Shown: piece after piece, positions 18,384 to 27,082 of the stretch | Position numbering within the stretch: position 1 is the first letter of the stretch | Layout of the letters: the number at the start of each line of letters is the position of its first letter | DNA from: Myxococcota bacterium | Lineage (GTDB): Bacteria; Myxococcota_A; UBA796; SXON01 | Direction of reading: 5' to 3' | DNA length: 64,000 nt | Assembly: GCA_040386535.1 (NCBI GenBank) | Contig: JAZKFH010000042.1 | Coordinates: forward strand, 160,001 to 224,000 | Translations under genes and position numbers: made by a program | The notes under the pieces: model-generated | What the model saw: only the letters and a program-made list of their open reading frames with translations | Database searches by the model: none | What the model was told of the DNA's origin: nothing

Positions 18384-20027
18384 ATGAACCGCCGCAGCTT
18401 CCTCGCCGGCTCGCTCGCCAGCACCGGCCTCGCGGCGTGTGGCCGCCCGCCCGAGCGCCCGGCCCTGGTCGGCGCCGACGCCTCCTCGGGGCTCGCGGGC
18501 CGCGGCCATCGCTGGCAGGTGCCCTTCGCGGGCGGCGCGGGGGGCACTCCGGAAGGCGCCGTGCAGCGCGCCGACGTCGTGATCGTGGGGGCGGGCGCCG
18601 CCGGGCTCTCGGCGGCGTGGCGGCTAGCCGGGCAGGGCCTCTCCGTGCGGCTGCTCGAGCTCTGGTCCGCGCCGGGCGGCACCGCCATCGCGGGCACCGG
18701 CGCGCGCGGCCCCTATCCCTGGGGCGCCCACTACCTCACGCTCCCCGGCCCCGACGCGCTCCACGTGCGGCGCCTGCTCCGCGACGTGGGCGTCATCACC
18801 GGCGCGGACGCGGCGGGCCGCCCGCTCTACCACCCGGATGCGCTCTGCCTCGCGCCCGAGGAGCGCATCTGGGACGCCGGCCTTTGGATCGAGGGGCTCT
18901 GGCCCGAGGCCCACGCCGAGCCCGAGGATCGCCGCCAGCACGACGCCTGGGTGGCGCTCGTCGCGTCCTGGTCGGCGCGCGTGGGGGCGGACGGGCGCCC
19001 CGCGTTCACCATCCCGGTGAGCAAGAGCTCCCAGGACCCCGACATCCGCGCGCTCGTGGACGTGCCGTTCTCGGTGTGGCTCGACGCGCTCGGCTTCACC
19101 GCCCCGGTGCTCCGCTGGTGGCTCGAATACGCCACGCGCGACGACTACGGCACCACCCTGGCCGACACCTCTGCCTGGGCCGGCCTGCACTACTTCTGCG
19201 CGCGCCGCCCCGACCCCGGCGATGCCCGCGACCTCGGCACCCACGTCCTCACCTGGCCGGCGGGCAACGGGTGGCTCGTGGAGCAGCTCGTGGCGCGCGC
19301 GGGTGTGCCCGTCGAGACGGGCGCCGTGGTCCGGTCGGTCGAGGTCGAGGAGGGCCGCGTGCGGGTGTGGGCCGAGGTCCCCTCCCCCACCGGCGAGGCC
19401 CGCACCATCGGCATCGAGGCCGGATCCGTGATCCTCGCGGTCCCGACGCGCCTCGCCAAACGCCTGCTGACCACCGGCCCGCTCCGCGACATGCCGGACT
19501 CCGACCTCCCCGACCAGGCCCCGTGGCGCGTCGCGCAGCTCCAGGTGTCCGCGCTCCCGACGGCCAACGGCGTCCCCACCGCGTGGGACAGCGTCGTGTA
19601 CGGCGCCGAGAGCCTCGGGTATGTCACGTCCACCCACCAGGCCGGCAACTATGGCGGTCCCGGCGTGCTCACCTGGTACCAACCGCTCCTCGGCGATCCG
19701 TTGGCCGCACGGCGCAAGCTCCTGGACGAGCCTTGGGAGGCCGCGCGCGATCTCGTCCTGGACGACCTCGGCCCCTCCCACCCCGATCTGCTCGACGTCC
19801 TGGAGCGCCTCGACGTGTGGCACTGGGGCCACGGCACCGTGCGGCCCGTCCCCGGGTTGCATCGCGTCGGGCGCCTGGAGGCCCTCCAGACGCTCCACCC
19901 GCGCGTCCACCTCGCGCACACCGACCTGTCCGGGCTCTCCCTGTTCGAGGAGGCGAGTTTTCATGGCATCCGCGCCGCCGAGGCCGTGCTGACGCTGTTC
20001 GGGCGCCCGGCTGACACCTGGATGTGA
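18384..20027 (+). CDS. Tat-exported FAD-dependent oxidoreductase (amine oxidase-like, type associated with speE/DUF350 operons)
   Basis: MNRRSFL; VIVGAGAAGLSAAW; YPWGAHYL; RDDYG; SAWAGLHYF; WGHG; AHTDLSGLSLFEEA. Confidence 0.9.
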   Translation: MNRRSFLAGSLASTGLAACGRPPERPALVGADASSGLAGRGHRWQVPFAGGAGGTPEGAVQRADVVIVGAGAAGLSAAWRLAGQGLSVRLLELWSAPGGTAIAGTGARGPYPWGAHYLTLPGPDALHVRRLLRDVGVITGADAAGRPLYHPDALCLAPEERIWDAGLWIEGLWPEAHAEPEDRRQHDAWVALVASWSARVGADGRPAFTIPVSKSSQDPDIRALVDVPFSVWLDALGFTAPVLRWWLEYATRDDYGTTLADTSAWAGLHYFCARRPDPGDARDLGTHVLTWPAGNGWLVEQLVARAGVPVETGAVVRSVEVEEGRVRVWAEVPSPTGEARTIGIEAGSVILAVPTRLAKRLLTTGPLRDMPDSDLPDQAPWRVAQLQVSALPTANGVPTAWDSVVYGAESLGYVTSTHQAGNYGGPGVLTWYQPLLGDPLAARRKLLDEPWEAARDLVLDDLGPSHPDLLDVLERLDVWHWGHGTVRPVPGLHRVGRLEALQTLHPRVHLAHTDLSGLSLFEEASFHGIRAAEAVLTLFGRPADTWM

Positions 20028-21091
20028 GCGCCGTCCCCGCCGTGTCGGAGGCTCCCGAGGCCCGCTCCGGTTGGCTCGTGTCCCCCGCGTACGACCTCAC
20101 CTTGTTCAGCGGCCCCGCGCTGCTCGCCGCCGCCGTGGCCCTGCTATTGCCCGACGGCGCCGAGACCGGTCTGGTCGCGTGGCTCGTGCTGGTCGTGGTC
20201 ATCGACGTGGCGCACACCTGGGCCACGGCCTACCGGGCCTGGCTCGATCCGGTGGCGCGGCGCGAGCGCCCGGGGCTGCTCTGGGGCGTGCCGCTCGCCG
20301 CGTTCGCCGGGGCCACCACGTTGTACGCGCTGGCCGAGCCGTGGTTCTGGACGGTGCTCGCCTACATCGCCGTGTTCCACTTCGTGCGGCAGCAGCAGGG
20401 TTTCGCGGCGTTGTACCGCGCGCGGGCGGGGGTGGGCCGCGGGGAGCCAAGCGCGCGCGTGGAGCACTACACGGTCGCGATGCTCTGTGTCTTTCCGGTG
20501 GTGTGGTGGCACGCGAACCTGCCACGCAAGTTTGCGTGGTTCACGCCCACCGATTTTCTGGTCGGGCTGCCCGCGGGTGTGGCGACCGTCGTGGGTGTCG
20601 CCACCGCGGTCCTGTTTGCCACGTGGGCGGCGCTCCGGCTCCGCAGCCGCTCGTGGCAGCCCGGGCGTGACCTGTGGGTGCTCTCCACCGCGCTGAGCTG
20701 GACCGCCGGCATCGTGCTCACCAACGGCGACGCGGCGTTCACCGTCGCGAACGTGGTCGCGCACGGCATCCCCTACTTCGCGCTCGTGCACCACGTGAGC
20801 CGCCGCCAGTGGGGCGACGGCGAGGGTGCACTGACCGCGCGTTGGTTCGAGCCCGCCGCCCTCGTGGCGTTCCTGGCCCTCCCCGCGGCGGCGGCGTTCG
20901 GAGAGGAGTTGGCGTGGGATGCGCTGGTGTGGCGCGAGCACTTCTTCCGCCCAACCGACCTCCCCGAGTGGCTCCCCGCGCTCGCTGTGCCCCTGCTCGC
21001 CACGCCCCAGCTCACCCACTACCTGCTCGACGGGTACCTGTGGCGGTTGGGCCCGAAGGGGTCGGGGTTGCGACGGTGGTTGGTGGGGTAG
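20024..21091 (+). CDS. Conserved polytopic membrane protein with His motifs
   Basis: GTGA overlap with the oxidoreductase; DVAHTWAT, FHFVRQQQG, AHGIPY, THYLLDGYLWR. Confidence 0.8.
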   Translation: MSAVPAVSEAPEARSGWLVSPAYDLTLFSGPALLAAAVALLLPDGAETGLVAWLVLVVVIDVAHTWATAYRAWLDPVARRERPGLLWGVPLAAFAGATTLYALAEPWFWTVLAYIAVFHFVRQQQGFAALYRARAGVGRGEPSARVEHYTVAMLCVFPVVWWHANLPRKFAWFTPTDFLVGLPAGVATVVGVATAVLFATWAALRLRSRSWQPGRDLWVLSTALSWTAGIVLTNGDAAFTVANVVAHGIPYFALVHHVSRRQWGDGEGALTARWFEPAALVAFLALPAAAAFGEELAWDALVWREHFFRPTDLPEWLPALAVPLLATPQLTHYLLDGYLWRLGPKGSGLRRWLVG

Positions 21092-21104
21092 GCGGCCTGC
21101 GCGT

Positions 21105-22034
21105 TCAGATGTGGCAGTAGCACTCGACGGTGGCGTAGCCGTAGTACCGCTCGACCTCGGAGAGGGCGGTCGCACAGTCGTACCCGATGACCTCGTCTTC
21201 ACCACCGCACGTGCCGGACTCGTAGTACCGGGTTGTCGCGGAGCTGCCGCTGCTGCCGCTGTTGCAGGTCCCGCCGCTCGCAGCGCACACGTCCGTGCAC
21301 GTCGTTCCGCCGGCCAAGGTGGAGATGTCCTCGCAGAACGCGTAGCCCTCACACACATCGTTGTCGCAGCTGCCGCTGCCGAGAAGGTCGTTGCACGACC
21401 GGCCGCACTCGCCGCAGTTGGCGTTGTCATCGCGCAGATCGGTGCAGGTTCCGCCGCACGCCACGTCCCCTGTGTTGGCGCAGTACAGATCGAGCGTGGT
21501 GGTCGCGGAGACGCTGTGCCCGGCCTGATCGTAGAAGGTCGCGGTGAAGGTGCGCGTCTCCTCCGTCTCGAAATCGATCGCCAGCGTGGAGTCCACCTGC
21601 GCCCAGCTGAGCGTCGTGGAGTAGGCGCCCTCGTCGCCCGAGGTGCTGAACGCGATGTAGGTCTCGCCGCCCGGGCTGCGCAGCACGCCGCCGATCAGGT
21701 CGCCGATGCCGTTCGCGTCGGTCACGATCGCCGTGAAGATGACGGACTCGCCTTCCGTGAGGCGCGGCGTGCTCGCCGCGAAGCTCAGGACGTTCGGTGA
21801 TCCCGGCTCGGTGTCGGTGTCGGTGTCGGTGTCCGTGTCGGTATCGGTGTCGGTGTCGGCATCGGTGTCCGCATCCGTGTCGGAATCGGTGTCGGTGTCC
21901 GTGTCCGCGGGGGCGCCGACGCAGACGCCGTCCATCTCGACGGTGCCCTCGCCGCAGGTGAGGCCGGTCGTCTCCGTGGCGCCCGAGCAGCCCAGGGCGA
22001 ACGCGAGGAGGAGGGGGGTCGAATTCATGCGCAT
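21105..22034 (-). CDS. Lipoprotein with Asp-Thr repeat linker, Ig-like domain and Cys-rich C-terminus
   Basis: Lipobox ALGC; CGEGTVEMDGVC; (DT)n; CTDLRDDNANCGECGRSC myxobacterial-type Cys repeat. Confidence 0.8.
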   Translation of the reverse strand: MRMNSTPLLLAFALGCSGATETTGLTCGEGTVEMDGVCVGAPADTDTDTDSDTDADTDADTDTDTDTDTDTDTDTEPGSPNVLSFAASTPRLTEGESVIFTAIVTDANGIGDLIGGVLRSPGGETYIAFSTSGDEGAYSTTLSWAQVDSTLAIDFETEETRTFTATFYDQAGHSVSATTTLDLYCANTGDVACGGTCTDLRDDNANCGECGRSCNDLLGSGSCDNDVCEGYAFCEDISTLAGGTTCTDVCAASGGTCNSGSSGSSATTRYYESGTCGGEDEVIGYDCATALSEVERYYGYATVECYCHI

Positions 22035-22226
22035 GGGGAGCTTCCGATGGGAGGGCGCCGGTGTAGCACGATCGCGTCCTCGCATCGGTGGCACCGGGGG
22101 CGAGGGTGATCAACGGGCGCGGTCGGCGCCGCTCGGGGCGACGGGCACCGCGCCCAGCGTCGGTCGCCCAGAGCCCTCTCGCCGGCCGAGGCCGCGCGTC
22201 TTAACCGGCAGGCCCCGGAGGTCCTC

Positions 22227-22850
22227 GTGTCCATCGTCCTGCACCACCACCCGTACTCGCGCGCCGCCAACGTCGTCTGGATGCTCGAGGAGGTCGGGGT
22301 GCCCTACACCCTGCGCTTCGTCGACATCATGGCGGGCGAGCACAAGTCGGAGGCGTACCGCGCGCTCAACGCCATGGGCAAGCTGCCCGTGATCGAAGAC
22401 GGCGAGGCCGTCGTGTCCGAGAGCGCCGCCATCGGCATGTACCTCGCGGATCGGTACGCGCTGGGCCGCCTGGCGCCCGCGCTCGACGACCCCGCTCGCG
22501 GCGCGTACCTGCGCTGGTGCCTCTACGCGCCGAGCGTGATCGAGCCCGGCTGCGCGGCGCACGCGGGCGGCTGGGCCACCAAGCCCTCCGCGGTCGGCTG
22601 GGGCACCTACGAGACGATGCTCGACACGCTGGAGGGCGGTGTCGGGCAGGGGCCGTGGCTCCTCGGCGAGCGCTTCACCATGGCCGATGTCATCCTCGGC
22701 GGCACGCTCCGGTTCATGATGCAGTTCAAGATGATCGAGCCGCGGCCGGCCTTCGCGGCGTACGTGGAGCGGCTGAGCGCCCGTCCGGCGGCGGTGGCGG
22801 CGGCCGCCAAGAACATGGAGGTCATGAAGGCGCACAACCTGGGCGGCTGA
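22227..22850 (+). CDS. Glutathione S-transferase family protein
   Basis: WMLEEVG, MGKLP, ESAAI, WLLGERFTMADV. Confidence 0.93.
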   Translation: MSIVLHHHPYSRAANVVWMLEEVGVPYTLRFVDIMAGEHKSEAYRALNAMGKLPVIEDGEAVVSESAAIGMYLADRYALGRLAPALDDPARGAYLRWCLYAPSVIEPGCAAHAGGWATKPSAVGWGTYETMLDTLEGGVGQGPWLLGERFTMADVILGGTLRFMMQFKMIEPRPAFAAYVERLSARPAAVAAAAKNMEVMKAHNLGG

Positions 22851-22881
22851 TCCTGCCGCCCGCCGTCAAGCCCGCCCGCCG

Positions 22882-24222
22882 TCACGCCCGCCCGGTGTAC
22901 CGCAGCGTGATCCCCCCGACCGGCCGCGTCGTCACCCCGTTGAGGGCGAGCCGGATGGGGGCGTGGGACACGAGCTCGAACCGGTGGGCGGCCATCACGG
23001 TGCCGAGCGCGATCTGCATCTCGTAGTTGGCAAACGCGGCGCCCACACATCGGCGATTGCCACCCCCGAAGGGCAGGAACTCCGACGGGGTGAACTTGCG
23101 TTCCAGGAAACGTTCGGGCGCGAACGTGGTCGGATCCGTGTAGATCGTTGGGTCGAAGTGCGTGATGAGCACCGAGGGGTGCAACGTCGTGCCCGCCGGG
23201 AATTTGCGGCCGGCGAGCACCGCATCCTTCACGAGGCGCCGACGGAACACCGGGACGATGGGGTGCAGCCGGAGCGTCTCGTCACACACGGCCGCGAGGT
23301 AGGGCAGCTTTGCCAGCCGCTCGGGATCGGGGCCCGCGCCCGGCTCCGAGGGGCCGAGCGTCGCGAGCTCCTCGCGCAGGCGCGCGAGCACGGTGGGGTT
23401 GCGATGGAGCTGCCAGAGGGCCCAACCGAGCGTGGTCGCGGTGGTCTCGTGGCCCGCGATGACCAGGGTGCGCAGCTCGTCGATGACCTCGTCGTCGGGC
23501 ATCGGGGCGCCGTCCTCGTCCCGGGCGGCGAGCAACATCGCGAGGATGTCCTCGCGCGCCTCCCCCGCCTCGGCGCGGCCGCGCTCGACCTCCTCGCGGA
23601 GCAGCGCCACGAACGCGCCGACGGTCTCCCGGTAGCGCGCCCACGGCCCGATGCCGCCGAGGTCCCGGTGCAGGACCGGCAGGAACATGAGCCACGCCGG
23701 GAAACCCGCGACGTTGCGCGAGATGGTCTCGCGGAAGGCCTCCACGCGCGCGGCGTCGCGCACGCCGAACACGGCGCGGATGATGACCTCGAGCGAGATG
23801 CGCTGGGTCACGTCGAGCACGGCGACCTCGCTCCCGACCACCAGGGCGTCGGCGTGGCGAGAGGCGGCGTCGGCGATGATGCGTCCGTACGTCCGCATGC
23901 GCGCGCCGTGGAACGGCGGGGCCATCAGCTTGCGCTTGCGTTTGTGCCGCACCCCGCCGGCGAGCACGATGGATCCCTCGCCCACGAGCGGGCCCACGAT
24001 CTCGTTGGGCGCGTCGAACAGCTCCTGGTCCCCGCCGAAGATGGCGCCGATCAGGGCGGGATCGCCGGTGACGACGCTCGGCCCGTCGAGGAGCGCCATC
24101 CGGAACGTGGGGCCGTGGCGCGCGGACAAATCGCGCATGAGCCCGGCCGGATCGTAGATGAGCCGCCAGGTGCTCAGCGCGGCGCCGGCAAGGCCACCGG
24201 GGACCTCGGGCAGGGACTCCAT
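22882..24222 (-). CDS. Cytochrome P450 (canonical motifs, CYP110-like)
   Basis: AGHETT, ETLR, PERF, FGGGNRRCVG; ATG 24222 overlaps the upstream stop. Confidence 0.93.
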   Translation of the reverse strand: MESLPEVPGGLAGAALSTWRLIYDPAGLMRDLSARHGPTFRMALLDGPSVVTGDPALIGAIFGGDQELFDAPNEIVGPLVGEGSIVLAGGVRHKRKRKLMAPPFHGARMRTYGRIIADAASRHADALVVGSEVAVLDVTQRISLEVIIRAVFGVRDAARVEAFRETISRNVAGFPAWLMFLPVLHRDLGGIGPWARYRETVGAFVALLREEVERGRAEAGEAREDILAMLLAARDEDGAPMPDDEVIDELRTLVIAGHETTATTLGWALWQLHRNPTVLARLREELATLGPSEPGAGPDPERLAKLPYLAAVCDETLRLHPIVPVFRRRLVKDAVLAGRKFPAGTTLHPSVLITHFDPTIYTDPTTFAPERFLERKFTPSEFLPFGGGNRRCVGAAFANYEMQIALGTVMAAHRFELVSHAPIRLALNGVTTRPVGGITLRYTGRA

Positions 24223-25544
24223 CACGCCCTCCGGCGATAGCGGATCTGACAGGGCGCCTTGGGCCGCGTCACGCCGATGTCGTTGGTCTCGCTCGGCGGG
24301 TTCGGATCGACCAGCTCGATGTCGTAGCGGCGCAGCAGCATCGCCGTCACCGTCTTCATCTCGTGCGCGACGAACGACATCGCCCAGCAGCGATGGTGCG
24401 CGCCGCCGAAGTTGACCACGCCGTACGGCACGTCCTCGTTGCGCTCGGCGGAGAACCGGCCTGGATCCCACACCTCGGGGTCGGTGAAGATCCCGGGGAG
24501 GCGGTGGGACAGGGCGATGCCCGCGACCACGAGGGTTCCCTTGGGGACGGTGTAGCCGTCGATCTCGAACTCCCGGGCGGCGAGGCGCACCAGCGTGGCC
24601 GTCATGGGGCGGAGGCGGTCGGTCTCCTTCAAACACGCGTCGAGGAGCTTCATCTCCTTGAGCGTGTCGAACGTGGGCGCGGCGTCGGGGGGGAGCGCGG
24701 CGTCGACCTCGGCGCGCACCTTTTCTTGCCATACGGGGTGCTGCAACAGTTGGACGAGGCACCACTCCAGGTGCCCGGCGGTGTTCTCGCGCCCGCCGAA
24801 CATCAGCCCGATCAGGATGGTGACGACCATGGCGTCGGGGATCTGCGCGTTCTCCAGGTACGACGCGCCGACCAGGACCTGGAGGAAGTCGTCGTAGGCC
24901 TCCGGGCTGGCGCGCCGCTCGGCGACGACCTCCCCGAGCAGCTTCTGGAGGGTGCGGAGCGCGCGGTCGCGGCGGCGGAAACGTGGCAATGGCAGGTTGG
25001 TCGGGAGGATGAATTCGAGGCCGCCGGAGAGGTGGACGAAGTGCTCCACAAAATCGGGACCGAGGCGCTCGCGGAAGCGCGGACCGAAGACACAGCGCGC
25101 CGCCATCGCCATCGTCAGGCGCTCGGCGGTGCCGATGAGCTCGAATTCCCCGCTGTCCCCGAGGGTGTCCAGCCACGCGTCGACCTCGGCCGCCATCTCG
25201 CCGACGTAGCTGCGGATCTTCTTGCCGTGGAACGCCGGGAGCGTGATGCGCTTCTGCTCCTCGTACTCGGCGTGCGACGCGGTGAAGAGCACCTTGCCGC
25301 CCAGGATCGGCACGAGGAACTGGTAGACCTCGGACATCGAGAGGGTGGAGTCGGTCTCCTCGAAGAAGAACCGCATCTTCTCCGGGCCCACGAGCACGAC
25401 CGCGGGTTGGAAGGCGAGCTTGATGCCGAACACCGGGCCGTGCGCGGCGTAGCCCTTGCGGAAGAGGGAGAGCGGGTCCCGGCGGAACTCCAACGCGCTG
25501 CCCAGGAACGGCAGCCCGGCCAACATCGGCAGGGGCGCGCTCAC
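24222..25544 (-). CDS. Cytochrome P450, CYP51-like scaffold with atypical catalytic motifs
   Basis: VYQFLVPILG, FRRRDRA, ETDR, FGGAHHRCWA; I-helix LMFGGRENT; GTG 25544 overlaps the upstream stop. Confidence 0.88.
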   Translation of the reverse strand: MSAPLPMLAGLPFLGSALEFRRDPLSLFRKGYAAHGPVFGIKLAFQPAVVLVGPEKMRFFFEETDSTLSMSEVYQFLVPILGGKVLFTASHAEYEEQKRITLPAFHGKKIRSYVGEMAAEVDAWLDTLGDSGEFELIGTAERLTMAMAARCVFGPRFRERLGPDFVEHFVHLSGGLEFILPTNLPLPRFRRRDRALRTLQKLLGEVVAERRASPEAYDDFLQVLVGASYLENAQIPDAMVVTILIGLMFGGRENTAGHLEWCLVQLLQHPVWQEKVRAEVDAALPPDAAPTFDTLKEMKLLDACLKETDRLRPMTATLVRLAAREFEIDGYTVPKGTLVVAGIALSHRLPGIFTDPEVWDPGRFSAERNEDVPYGVVNFGGAHHRCWAMSFVAHEMKTVTAMLLRRYDIELVDPNPPSETNDIGVTRPKAPCQIRYRRRA

Positions 25545-26560
25545 GACACACCCGCCACGCGGGCGCCGGGAGCCGCGCAACGGAGCATGCCCGCGGCGGC
25601 GAACCACGTGAAGGAGTCGCGCACGGTGTCCTCGATGGGGCGGGTGTGGTGGCCCAGCTCGCGGACGGCCTTGTCGGCGCACACGTGTCGGTTGGAACGG
25701 AGCGCGTGGAGGGATTCGCGTGTGTAGAGCGCGCGGCGCCCGACGAGGCTGCAGAAGAAGGTGGACACGGACGCGCCGAGGTGGAGGACCGGCAGCGGCA
25801 CGGCCACGCGGGAGGTGGACACCCCGAGGACGCCCTCGGTGATGCGCGCCAGCTCGGGGAGGGAGCGCCAGGACCCGCCGAGCAGGTAGTTCTCGCCGGT
25901 GCGGCCACGCTCGCCGGCCGCGATCACGCTGCGTGACACGTCCCGCACGTCGACCCAATCGAAGCCGCCGTCGGGCAGGGCGGGGAACGTGCGGTGGGCG
26001 ATGCCGAGCAGGATGGCGCCCATGTGGGAGGGCGCCGGATCGATGGGGCCGAGGACGCCCGTGGGGTTCACGATCACGGCGTCGAGCCCGCGCGCGACGA
26101 CCTCGCGCAGGGCGTCCTCCCCCGCGGCCTTCGAGCGGTCGTAGGCCGGGTGTGTGGGCGTGGGCCGCGCCCGCGACTCGTCCAGGGGCGCGTCGTACGG
26201 GTCGTGGTCGAAGGCGTGGACCGAACTGACGTGCACGTAGCGCCGTACGCCCGCTTCCAACGCGGCCGTGGCGGCGTTGCGGGCCCCGTCGACATTGATG
26301 GCACGGACGCGGCCGTCGGCGTCTCCGTTGACGGAGATCATCCCGGCGAGGTGGTACACGACGTCCGCCCCGCGGAACGCGGCCGCGAGCGAGGCGGGAT
26401 CGAGCACGTCGCCCCGCGCGACCTCGACGTCCAACCCCTCGAGCGAGGGCGCGACGGTGTCACCGTGGAGGAGCACGCGCACCGCGGTGCCTCGTGCGAG
26501 CAGGTCCCGGACGAGAGACGCTCCAACGTGGCCCGAGGCCCCAGTGACGACAACACCCAC
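25541..26560 (-). CDS. NAD-dependent epimerase/dehydratase (extended SDR; HpnA/3-beta-HSD-like)
   Basis: TGASGHVG, YHLAG, VSS, YDRSK, VDVRDV, GENYLL. Confidence 0.9.
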   Translation of the reverse strand: MGVVVTGASGHVGASLVRDLLARGTAVRVLLHGDTVAPSLEGLDVEVARGDVLDPASLAAAFRGADVVYHLAGMISVNGDADGRVRAINVDGARNAATAALEAGVRRYVHVSSVHAFDHDPYDAPLDESRARPTPTHPAYDRSKAAGEDALREVVARGLDAVIVNPTGVLGPIDPAPSHMGAILLGIAHRTFPALPDGGFDWVDVRDVSRSVIAAGERGRTGENYLLGGSWRSLPELARITEGVLGVSTSRVAVPLPVLHLGASVSTFFCSLVGRRALYTRESLHALRSNRHVCADKAVRELGHHTRPIEDTVRDSFTWFAAAGMLRCAAPGARVAGVS

Positions 26561-26697
26561 GCCAACCTCGACAGGCGTGGCGCGTATCCGACTGTTTGCC
26601 GTGAGGCGACCGTGGGCCCGCTCGTTTCGCCTCCCGACGCGATGCGTCCCTTCTTGGTGGATAGGTAGAGGGGGGCGCGCGGGCGCCGGGAGGGCGG

Positions 26698-27075
26698 ATG
26701 CCGGGATTGCACCACGTATCGGTCGGCGTACGGGACCTGGCGCGGGCCAGGGCCTTCTACGATCCGCTGCTGGCCTTGGTCGGCCTCGGTGTGCTCGGCG
26801 CGGACGACCTGTCGGTCGACTACGGCGCGCGGCACATCTGCTTCAGCCTGGAGACCCCGGTCGACGGCGCGCAGGCGACCGCCGGCAATGGCGTCCACAT
26901 CGCGTTCGAGGCGCCGGATCACGCGGCGGTGCGAGCCTTTCACGAGCAGGCCATCCGGACGGGCGGTCGCGACGCGGGGCCGCCGGGCCCGCGGCCGGAG
27001 TACGGACCGCACTACTACGGGGCGTTCGTCTACGACCTCGATGGGAACAAGATCGAGGCGATGACGGAGGGGTAG
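26698..27075 (+). CDS. VOC/glyoxalase family protein
   Basis: HHVSVGV, GNGVHIAF, YYGAFVYDLDGNKIE. Confidence 0.92.
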   Translation: MPGLHHVSVGVRDLARARAFYDPLLALVGLGVLGADDLSVDYGARHICFSLETPVDGAQATAGNGVHIAFEAPDHAAVRAFHEQAIRTGGRDAGPPGPRPEYGPHYYGAFVYDLDGNKIEAMTEG

Positions 27076-27082
27076 TCGGGGA

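Noticed and set aside
24222..25544. Assigning cyp51
   Set aside because: The I-helix and heme-loop motifs depart from CYP51, so orthology cannot be shown without a phylogeny.
22882..25908. 1008-aa ORF as a giant or fused P450
   Set aside because: The N-terminal part is an off-frame shadow of the upstream P450 and SDR; the real gene starts at ATG 24222.
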